Position numbers and translations under genes: made by a program
The notes under the pieces: generated by a model
What the model was told of the DNA's origin: nothing
Database searches by the model: none
The model's input: the letters and a program-made list of their open reading frames with translations, nothing else
Shown here: one piece after another, positions 56,596-64,000 of the stretch
Numbering within the stretch: the stretch's first letter is position 1
Layout of the letters: each line of letters starts with the position of its first letter
Origin: Acidobacteriota bacterium
Lineage (GTDB): Bacteria > Acidobacteriota > Polarisedimenticolia > JACPZX01
DNA: 64,000 nucleotides
Assembly: GCA_016195325.1 (NCBI GenBank)
Contig: JACPZX010000067.1
Span: 15,559-79,558 of the forward strand
Direction of reading: 5' to 3'

Positions 56596-57702
56596 TCAGC
56601 CCTTCGCGGGCTTCGGGAGCGTCGGCGGATCCTTCTTCTTGAAGCCGGCGGGAGGCTCGAAGGCGTCGGCGGGGGCCGGCGAGGTGGTGATCGACGTGAC
56701 CTCCGTCGTCGTGCCGAAGACCTTCTTCATTCCGTCCGCGGCCCCCTCGGATCCCTTCGCGGCGCCCGACGGCTTGTCGGACGAGTCGTCCGACTTCTTC
56801 TTGCCGAAGAGCCCCTTGAACGCCTGCTTCATCGCCGCGCCGGGGTTCCCCTGCTCGCCCCCTTCACCGGAGTCCATGAGGCCGCAGTCCCCCCCCTTTT
56901 CGATCTGGAGGCGCGATCGCACGGGATACCCCTGGGCCTTCGCGAGCTCCTTCCCCACCCCCTCGAGCCCCTCGGCGAACTGGGACATCAGTCCCTTCGC
57001 CGCCTGGGCCATCTGCTTCGCGCTCTCGGGGTCGATCCCCATCGCCGCGGCCTGCCGGATCATGTAGTCGCGCGCTTCCTTCATGGGGGCGGTCAGCGGC
57101 GTCTGCCAGTAGTCGGCGGTGTAGACGACATGGCACGTCTTCTTCTCGTCCTGCGTGTTGTGGCACTGCTGGTCGCCGGTCACGACGACGTGTGTCGCAT
57201 CGAACCCGTTGATCGCCTGCTTCTCACCGGTGGTCTTCGCGGAAAACTTCACGGGATCGCACGTCACCGGAGGCGGCCCCGCCTGGCCAGACTTCGCCCC
57301 GTCCTGCGTCGCCTGCATCTGGGCCATCGCGTCGGCGGCCGCCTGCTGGCTCTGCTTGAAGAGATCGAACGGGAGCTCCTGGTACGACTTGTCGTTGTAC
57401 GAGACGGCGTAGATGACCTTTCGATCGAGGCGGAAGATCTGCGCGGACTTGAACCCCTCCTCGCCGCCGAAGTGCTTCATGAACTTTCCGGTGGCCTTGC
57501 TCGTCCCCTCCATCCGGCTCTTGTCTCCCGAGATGACGAGGACGCTGGTCCCCTCGCTCCCCATCATCCCGCTCTCCCCGAACCCGTCGAACTTCGTCGT
57601 CTCCTGAATCGTGACGTCCGCGCGCGGCGCGGAGAGCGTGGCGGCGAGGGCGAGCGCGGCGACGGCGGCGGCGCGCGAACTGCGGGTTCGAATCGTCAGC
57701 AT
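56596..57702 (-). CDS. Hypothetical exported protein (DUF4412-like)
   Basis: Signal peptide, IFRLDRK..Y, TGEKQAINGF, C-terminal FEPPAGFKK; GGAGGAG RBS. Confidence 0.7.
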   Translation of the reverse strand: MLTIRTRSSRAAAVAALALAATLSAPRADVTIQETTKFDGFGESGMMGSEGTSVLVISGDKSRMEGTSKATGKFMKHFGGEEGFKSAQIFRLDRKVIYAVSYNDKSYQELPFDLFKQSQQAAADAMAQMQATQDGAKSGQAGPPPVTCDPVKFSAKTTGEKQAINGFDATHVVVTGDQQCHNTQDEKKTCHVVYTADYWQTPLTAPMKEARDYMIRQAAAMGIDPESAKQMAQAAKGLMSQFAEGLEGVGKELAKAQGYPVRSRLQIEKGGDCGLMDSGEGGEQGNPGAAMKQAFKGLFGKKKSDDSSDKPSGAAKGSEGAADGMKKVFGTTTEVTSITTSPAPADAFEPPAGFKKKDPPTLPKPAKG

Positions 57703-57736
57703 GGCTCCTCCAGGGGGTCAAGGGCGGTGCGGCGGT

Positions 57737-59059
57737 TCACTGGATGAAGTTCTTGTACACGTCGAGAGAGATGACCGTGCCCATCAGGAGCAGCAGGAGC
57801 ACCAGGCCGACCTGCATCACGCGCTCCTTCACCATGGTGCTCAGGTTCCGGCGCATCACCCCCTCGAGCCCGAGGATGAAGATGTGCCCCCCGTCGAGAA
57901 TCGGGATGGGCAGCAGGTTGATGACGCCGAGCTGCAGGCTGATGATCGCCATGAACTGGAAATACGCGATCACGCCCCCCTTCCACGCCTCTCCGGTGAA
58001 CTTGTAGATGTCGATGGGCCCCGAGAGCGTCCTCGGCGAGAGCTGTCCGGTGAAGAGCTTGCGGAGCGTCGCGAAGAGAACGCCGGCCGAGCGCCAGTTC
58101 AACTTCACGCTCTCGCCCACAGCCTGGGCCGGACCGAACTTCTTGAGCACGGATTCGGGGACGAGCGCGAGCCCGGGATCGCTCCGGCCGCCGTCGAGCC
58201 CCTTCGGCACGACCGACTTCACGACATCCTCCGCCCCCCGTCGGACGACGATGGCGACCGGCGCCCCGTGGTTCTCGAAGAGCGCCTTCGAGACCGCCTC
58301 GAGGTGCGATCCCACGTCGAGCCCCGCCACCGTGACGACCAGGTCACCCTCCAGGAGGCCCGCGTGCGCCGCGGGGCCGACGGGATCGACGGAGGCGAGC
58401 TTCACTCCCGAGAAGTACGGCTGAACCCCGACGCGCCCCATCGCCTCCCGCTCGGTCTCGCCGATCGTGACCGTGAGCGTCGTCTCGGCCCCGCCGCGCA
58501 TCACGCGGATGGGCAGCCGCTTGCCGGGGTTGAGCGCCACGGCGAGCTGGAGATCGTTCCACGTGCGCGTCTCGCGGTCCCCCACGGAGAGAACGCGATC
58601 CATGACCTCGAGTCCGCCCTTCTCCGCCGGCGACCCCTTCTCGACCGCGCCGACGACGGGAGGGTCCTCGATGTACTTCGCGACCGGGACGCCGTGCATG
58701 TAGATGCCCGCGATGATGGCGACGGCGAGGACGATGTTGAGCGAGGCCCCCATCACGAGCACGGCGAATCGCTCGAGCCGCGACCGGCTCTGGAACTCCT
58801 CGGGGCTCCCCTGCAGCTCGTCGTCCGGATTCTCCCCCATCATCTTGACGTAGCCGCCGAGGGGGAGCGCCGAGATCCGGTAGTCGGTGTGGCCCCGGCG
58901 GCGGCCGAAGAGCCGCGGGCCGAAGCCCAGCGAGAAGACCTCGAAGCGGATGCCGACGAGCTTGGCGACGACGAAGTGCCCGAACTCATGGATGAAGATA
59001 AGCACGCCGAGGATGAAGACCGTGGCGAGCATGTTGGTGATGCTGAATGTCAGGCTCAC
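57737..59059 (-). CDS. rseP: RIP metalloprotease with two PDZ domains
   Basis: HEFGH, FSLGFGP, LGGYVKM, NLLPIPILDGG. Confidence 0.95.
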   Translation of the reverse strand: MSLTFSITNMLATVFILGVLIFIHEFGHFVVAKLVGIRFEVFSLGFGPRLFGRRRGHTDYRISALPLGGYVKMMGENPDDELQGSPEEFQSRSRLERFAVLVMGASLNIVLAVAIIAGIYMHGVPVAKYIEDPPVVGAVEKGSPAEKGGLEVMDRVLSVGDRETRTWNDLQLAVALNPGKRLPIRVMRGGAETTLTVTIGETEREAMGRVGVQPYFSGVKLASVDPVGPAAHAGLLEGDLVVTVAGLDVGSHLEAVSKALFENHGAPVAIVVRRGAEDVVKSVVPKGLDGGRSDPGLALVPESVLKKFGPAQAVGESVKLNWRSAGVLFATLRKLFTGQLSPRTLSGPIDIYKFTGEAWKGGVIAYFQFMAIISLQLGVINLLPIPILDGGHIFILGLEGVMRRNLSTMVKERVMQVGLVLLLLLMGTVISLDVYKNFIQ

Positions 59060-60285
59060 GAATGCACGCTCCTGCCGGCGCCCCGGCCGCGGAGGACCGC
59101 CGCCGACGCCGCCTCCCGGGCCCACGCGTCGGCTCGCACGACGGTGGCGAGGTCCCTCGCCTCCTCGACGCGGTGCCGGTCCATGGCCCCCTCGATAATC
59201 GCGGGAATATCGAGGAAGCCCAGCCGCGTGTCAAGAAAAGCCTGCACGGCGATCTCGTTCGCGGCGTTGAGAACGGCGGGCATCGTGCCGCCCGACTCCA
59301 GGGCGCGGTACCCCAGGTCGAGACAGCGGAACGTCCCCCTGTCCGGCATCGCGAAGGTCAGCGGCCCCAGCGTCCTCAGGTCGAGGCCCTGGATCGGCGA
59401 GACCCACCGGTCGGGCCACGTCAGCGCGTACTGAATCGGGTGCCGCATGTCCGTGCGGGACATCTGGCTGATGATCGCGCCGTCCGCGTACTCCACCATC
59501 GAGTGGACGATCGACTGAGGGTGGACGACGACCTCGATCCGATCGAGCGGCACGCCGAACAGATGGTGGGCCTCGATCACCTCGAGCCCCTTGTTCATCA
59601 GCGTCGCCGAGTCGATGGAGATCTTCCTCCCCATCTGCCACGTGGGGTGCTTGAGCGCCTGCTCCGGGGTCACGTCGGCGAGATCCCTCGCGCTCTTCCC
59701 GAGGAAAGGCCCCCCCGACGCCGTCAGGATCAGCCGCGCGACTTCCGGCGCCGCGCCGGCGCGGAGACACTGGTGCAGGGCGTTGTGCTCCGAGTCGACC
59801 GGAAGAAGCGTCGCGCCGCTCCTCGCCGCCATCGAGATCATGACCGGGCCGGCGACGACAAGGGCCTCCTTGTTGGCGAGCGCGACCACGCGCCCCGCTC
59901 GGACGGCCTCGAACGTCGGAGCGAGCCCGGCGGCGCCGACGATTCCGGCGACGACCACCTCGACGTCCGCGTGCGCCGCACACCTCACCGCCCCGTCCTC
60001 GCCGTGGACCACCTGCGTCGCGCCGCGCCCCCAGGCGCTCGCCGCGGCAGTCCCCCACTGCGCCGGGTCTCCGAGAGCCGCGCGGAGCCTAGCCGCCGAC
60101 TCCGCCGTCGCGACGGAGGCGAGCGCGGGCCGGAACCGCTTCACCTGTTCCGCCAGCCGATCGACGTTTCCCCCCGCCGCGAGGGTGACGACGCGGAAGC
60201 TCCCGGGAAACCGCTCGATCAGATCGAGCGTGCTCACGCCGATGGAGCCCGTCGAGCCGAGAAGCGCGATGTTCCTGGGTGTCAT
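59056..60285 (-). CDS. dxr: 1-deoxy-D-xylulose-5-phosphate reductoisomerase
   Basis: LGSTGSIG, LANKE, PVDSEH, TASGGPF, MNKGLE. Confidence 0.97.
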   Translation of the reverse strand: MTPRNIALLGSTGSIGVSTLDLIERFPGSFRVVTLAAGGNVDRLAEQVKRFRPALASVATAESAARLRAALGDPAQWGTAAASAWGRGATQVVHGEDGAVRCAAHADVEVVVAGIVGAAGLAPTFEAVRAGRVVALANKEALVVAGPVMISMAARSGATLLPVDSEHNALHQCLRAGAAPEVARLILTASGGPFLGKSARDLADVTPEQALKHPTWQMGRKISIDSATLMNKGLEVIEAHHLFGVPLDRIEVVVHPQSIVHSMVEYADGAIISQMSRTDMRHPIQYALTWPDRWVSPIQGLDLRTLGPLTFAMPDRGTFRCLDLGYRALESGGTMPAVLNAANEIAVQAFLDTRLGFLDIPAIIEGAMDRHRVEEARDLATVVRADAWAREAASAAVLRGRGAGRSVHS

Positions 60286-60302
60286 CGAGGTCTCCGGTTC
60301 CG

Positions 60303-61100
60303 TCAGACCATGAACGCGCGATAGTAGAAGAAGAGGACGGGAGCGCCGAAGAGGAGCGAGTCCGCCCGGTCGAGCATTCCGCCGTGCCCCGGGAAGAGCG
60401 CGCCGGTGTCCTTGAGGCTCGCGGATCGCTTGAGGAGCGATTCGCACAGGTCCCCGGCGAGTCCGGCGATCCACAGCAGCACCGCGAGGGCGATCGCGTC
60501 GCGCGCCCCCAGCTTCTGGAAGAACCACAGCTTCGCGACCCACGCGGCGAGAACGCTCGCGACGAGCCCGGCGCACGCCCCCTCGATCGTCTTCTTCGGA
60601 GAGATGGTCGGCGCCAGGGGGTGCCGCCCGATCCAGGAGCCGAAGCCGTAGGCCCCGGCGTCCGCGATCCAGACGACGAGCAGCAGGAAGATCGTGAGAT
60701 CCCTTCCCATCTCGTCCCCCGAGCCCATCAGGCCGGCGACGTACCCGAAGGTGACGCCCAGGAAGAGGACGCCGGCGAGGGTCGCGCTCATCGACTCGAA
60801 CGCCCCCTGCACGGCGGCGCGCGAGACGAGGAGCCTTCCCGGCACGAGGATCGCGGCGGCCGCCAGCGCAGCCCCGAGGCCGATCCGCGGCTCGACGAAG
60901 CTCGCGATGACGGCGAGCGTGAGCGCGGCGCCGAGGACGGGATCGGCGTGAATGCCCCTCTGCTTCGCCATGAGATGGAACTCCCACGTGGCGATGATCG
61001 CCGCGACGCCGACGAGGGCGAAGAAGTACCTGGGGTCGAGGTATCGGACGATGACGAAGAGGACGGGCAGCCCGATCGCGGCCGTGGCGAGCCTTTTCAA
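60303..61100 (-). CDS. cdsA: Phosphatidate cytidylyltransferase
   Basis: ISPKKTIEG, GDLCESLLKR, PGHGGMLDRADS. Confidence 0.95.
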   Translation of the reverse strand: MKRLATAAIGLPVLFVIVRYLDPRYFFALVGVAAIIATWEFHLMAKQRGIHADPVLGAALTLAVIASFVEPRIGLGAALAAAAILVPGRLLVSRAAVQGAFESMSATLAGVLFLGVTFGYVAGLMGSGDEMGRDLTIFLLLVVWIADAGAYGFGSWIGRHPLAPTISPKKTIEGACAGLVASVLAAWVAKLWFFQKLGARDAIALAVLLWIAGLAGDLCESLLKRSASLKDTGALFPGHGGMLDRADSLLFGAPVLFFYYRAFMV

Positions 61101-61906
61101 ACGACGCGCCTCTTGACCGCGTCCACGCCTCCGTACCGCCGCTCGCGCTTCTGGTAGTCGACGATCGCCTGGAGGAGCTCCTGCGCCCGGAAGTCGGGCC
61201 AGAGCGTGGGCGTCACCCAGATCTCCGCGTACGCGATCTGCCAGAGGAGGAAGTTGCTGATCCGCAGCTCGCCGCTGGTCCGGATGAGAAGATCGGGGTC
61301 GGGCTGCCCCGCCGTGTACAGGTGGGACGCGAAGTCCTCCTCCGTGATGTTCGCGGGGTCCACGTTGCCGGCGCGGGCCGCCTCGAGGAGGCCCCGGCAG
61401 GCGTCGAGGATTTCCGAGCGACCCCCGTACGAGAGCGCGATGTTGAACAGGAGGCCGGTGCAGTGGCGCGTCGCCTCCATCCCGCGCTCGAGGTGCGCGC
61501 GCACCGACGGATCGAGCTCGTGGAACCGGCCGATGACCTGGAATCGGATGTTGTTCCTGAGGAGAGTCTGGAGCTCGCGCCTCACGTACTCCTTGAGGAG
61601 CGCCATGAGCGTGCTGATCTCGGTCCGCGGGCGCTTCCAGTTCTCCTGCGAGAAGGCGTAGAGGGTCAGCACCTTCAGGCCGAGTCGCGCCGACGATTCG
61701 ACGACATCCCGCACGGCGTCGATCCCCGCGCGATGCCCCGCGACGCGCGGGAGCCTTCGGGACGTCGCCCACCGGCCGTTCCCGTCCATGATGATTGCGA
61801 CGTGCGCGGGCAGGCGCTCGAAGTCGATCGAGAGGGCGAGCGCCTCCTCCGGCGAATCCGAACGAAGGAACTCCCTGAGGTCTCGTGGAAGCTTGTCGCT
61901 GGTCAT
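61097..61906 (-). CDS. uppS: Undecaprenyl diphosphate synthase
   Basis: HVAIIMDGNGRW, FSQENW, IRTSGE.RISNFLLWQ. Confidence 0.97.
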   Translation of the reverse strand: MTSDKLPRDLREFLRSDSPEEALALSIDFERLPAHVAIIMDGNGRWATSRRLPRVAGHRAGIDAVRDVVESSARLGLKVLTLYAFSQENWKRPRTEISTLMALLKEYVRRELQTLLRNNIRFQVIGRFHELDPSVRAHLERGMEATRHCTGLLFNIALSYGGRSEILDACRGLLEAARAGNVDPANITEEDFASHLYTAGQPDPDLLIRTSGELRISNFLLWQIAYAEIWVTPTLWPDFRAQELLQAIVDYQKRERRYGGVDAVKRRVV

Positions 61907-61966
61907 GATGAACCCCGGGGGCGGGGTGCCGGAACGGGCTGCAAAGCCGTCAAAGGGCGCATCTTA

Positions 61967-62746
61967 TCACCGTGTCGGCGGCGCCGCCAACGGAGCCGGA
62001 GGCGCCCCGTCATAGAGGACGCGCTCGAGGGTGAGGCCGCGCGCGGGGAGGTTCGGGCCGGAGCGCGCCCTGTCCCGCGACCCCAGGACTTCGGTCACCC
62101 ACGCCTCGCTTCGATGCCCGCGTCCCACGTCGAGCAGCGTGCCCGCGATCGTGCGGACCATGTGCTGGAGGAACGAATTCCCCTCCACCGTGTAGGCCAC
62201 GACGTCTCCCTCCGCGGAGATCTCGCTTCGACGCAGATTCTTGATCGGGGTCGACGAGACGTCGCCGGCGGCCTTGAAGGCCGAGAAGTCGTGCTCCCCG
62301 AGGAGCCGCGCCGCGCCCCGTCTCATCGCGTCGATGTCGAGGGGCCCGCGGTGGTGGTGTGCGAAGGGCGCCAGGAAGGGCGAGAGGCGCGCGCCCACCG
62401 CGATCTGGTAGCGGTAGATCCGTGAGGTCGCGCACCTTCGGGCGTGGAACCCCGGGGGCGCCGCCTCGGCCTCACGGGCGGAGATATCCGAGGGGAGGAG
62501 CCCGTTCAGCGCCCGGCGCAACCGCGCCGGCTCCCAGGCGCGCTCCGCATCGAAGCTCGCCACCTGCCCGCGCGCATGCACGCCCGCGTCGGTCCGCGCC
62601 GCCCCCGCCACCAGGAGATCCCGGGAGTCGAAGAGGCTGCGGAGCCGGGCGAGGATCTCCCCCTGAACCGTGGGGAGTCCGGGCTGGACCTGCCAGCCGG
62701 CGAACCTGGTGCCGACGTACTCGAGCGTCAGCTTGTACGTGGGCAT
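61967..62746 (-). CDS. truA: tRNA pseudouridine(38-40) synthase
   Basis: FAGWQ, RTDAGVHA, HDFSAF, FLQHMVR. Confidence 0.95.
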   Translation of the reverse strand: MPTYKLTLEYVGTRFAGWQVQPGLPTVQGEILARLRSLFDSRDLLVAGAARTDAGVHARGQVASFDAERAWEPARLRRALNGLLPSDISAREAEAAPPGFHARRCATSRIYRYQIAVGARLSPFLAPFAHHHRGPLDIDAMRRGAARLLGEHDFSAFKAAGDVSSTPIKNLRRSEISAEGDVVAYTVEGNSFLQHMVRTIAGTLLDVGRGHRSEAWVTEVLGSRDRARSGPNLPARGLTLERVLYDGAPPAPLAAPPTR

Positions 62747-62768
62747 CGCGCGTTCCGCGGAGCGGCGG

Positions 62769-63188
62769 TCAACCCTTCGCCTTCGCCCGCGACATCCGCA
62801 GAATCTCGCGACGGTGCGCCTCACCGACCGGGACGATCGACAGGCGCGAGATGCGCAAGAGATCGAATCCGGCGAGCTTCGGATTCCCCCTCATCTCGGC
62901 GAGGGAGACGCTTCTGACGAGGCGCGAGATCGGCTTCACCCGCACGACGACGCGCTTCGGATCCCCCGCATCCGGATCGGGGTACGGCTCGCTCGCGATC
63001 TTGGCGAGACCGACGACGGACTTCTCGCCGCCCGTGTGATAGAAGAAAGCGTCGTCACCCTTCCGCATGCCGCGGATGTGAATGAGCGCGAGCGCATTGG
63101 TCACGCCGGACCAGACGGTGCCGCCCTCGCGCGTGAGGTCGTCGAAGCTGTAGTGCGTCGGCTCTTCCTTGATCAGCCAGCAGGCCAT
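62769..63188 (-). CDS. EVE domain protein
   Basis: WLIKEEP, WSGVTN..A, GDDAFFYHTG, RLSIVPV. Confidence 0.88.
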   Translation of the reverse strand: MACWLIKEEPTHYSFDDLTREGGTVWSGVTNALALIHIRGMRKGDDAFFYHTGGEKSVVGLAKIASEPYPDPDAGDPKRVVVRVKPISRLVRSVSLAEMRGNPKLAGFDLLRISRLSIVPVGEAHRREILRMSRAKAKG

Positions 63189-63205
63189 CGCTCGCTCCCC
63201 ATCCT

Positions 63206-64000
63206 TCATGCGCCTCCCCGCTCGACCGCTCCCTCGGCGGCCGGCGTCTTCCCGGCGTGCCGCCGGTACGCGTACGCGAAGTATGCCGTCACCAGGACCA
63301 TTCCGGGGATCCACCAGGCGAGCCCGACGCCGAGCCCGTACGAGGGCGCGGCCGCGTTCTCGATCGTCAGGTTGTAGGCCCGATCGATCTGCGACGGGAG
63401 AAGGTTTGGGTAGACCCCGGCGGCGGTGCTCGCGAGCCACGAGGCCAGCAAGGTCGCCGAGGCGAAGAACGCCGCCATCTCGCGCCGGCGCACCGTGAAG
63501 TGGCGGCTGAGGACGAGAGCGGCGACCCCCATCGCGGGAAAGAGCCACATCCAGGGGCGCCGTGCGTACCCTTCGGCCACCAGCGGCTGCACGCGAAACG
63601 TGGCGGCCCCGCACAGGGCGCTGAGAAGAGCGAGGGGCCACCAGGCCCGGAGCGCCAGGCCCCGAGAGCGCTCGCGCACGGCGCCCTCGCTCTTGAGGAC
63701 GACCCAATGGGCCCCGTGAAACGCCAGCGCGACGAACGCGGTGGCCCCCGTCAGGAGAGTGTAGAGATCGAGAATCCCCGTTCTCGCGCCCGGACCGGCG
63801 TCGGACCACAGGGGCTCGAAGAAGTACCGGGAGGCGTCCAGCGGCACGCCGCGGATGACGTTTCCCAGGGCGGCGCCGAACGTGAACGCCAGAAGCGCGC
63901 TGGCGAACGAGAAGACGGCATCCCAGAAAGGGATCCAGACGGGGTGATCGACGTGGTTCCGGAACTCGATCGCGATCCCGCGGAGCATCAGGAGCCACAG
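63206..64000 (-). CDS. cydB: Cytochrome bd oxidase subunit II, 5' partial
   Basis: RGIAIEFR, GAALGNVIRGVP, FHGA, YPNLLPS, LTIENAA. Confidence 0.92.
   Translation of the reverse strand: MWLLMLRGIAIEFRNHVDHPVWIPFWDAVFSFASALLAFTFGAALGNVIRGVPLDASRYFFEPLWSDAGPGARTGILDLYTLLTGATAFVALAFHGAHWVVLKSEGAVRERSRGLALRAWWPLALLSALCGAATFRVQPLVAEGYARRPWMWLFPAMGVAALVLSRHFTVRRREMAAFFASATLLASWLASTAAGVYPNLLPSQIDRAYNLTIENAAAPSYGLGVGLAWWIPGMVLVTAYFAYAYRRHAGKTPAAEGAVERGGA

Noticed and set aside
1..64000. Many long Arg/Gly/Pro-rich ORFs and antisense ORFs in the track (e.g. 369..1928, 40720..43272, N-terminal extensions of 23844..27608 and 48168..51839)
   Set aside because: Shadow frames typical of very high GC DNA; they overlap well-supported genes and lack family motifs
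1..64000. CRISPR arrays, rRNA, tRNA, IS elements, prophage or defence genes
   Set aside because: No regularly spaced repeats, RNA gene signatures, transposase, integrase or phage motifs recognised by eye

Overview
Very GC-rich (visually about 70%), gene-dense bacterial chromosomal window, mostly minus-strand operons with overlapping start/stop codons. An ADOP-type duplicated orphan ABC permease and several GT-C/TPR membrane proteins suggest Acidobacteriota (inference). Housekeeping content: orn, dinB, pdxST with a MocR regulator, RlmI-like methyltransferase, Gld-like ABC cassette, dciA-like, mltG-ruvX, maf, gcvT-H-PA-PB, ccsA-hemA-hemC-hemD, uppS-cdsA-dxr-rseP, truA, cydB. Best hidden feature: a gene the ORF track splits at 34607 is one secreted selenoprotein (in-frame UGA in a C-G-U motif, SECIS-like hairpin). 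It fuses a metal-site-degenerate UshA-like domain to a tetraheme cytochrome c. Other notable items: a sigma54-driven comEA/FimT/four-helix-bundle/PilX-like locus with up to three -24/-12 promoters; a DoxX-cupredoxin fusion and ECF sigma with mirror-image promoters; two apparent CTG start codons (gcvT and the ADOP permease); a 254-bp element with 31-bp inverted ends; several leaderless-type promoters. No rRNA, tRNA, CRISPR array, transposase or integrase was recognised. All family calls are from motif recognition by eye, not database searches.
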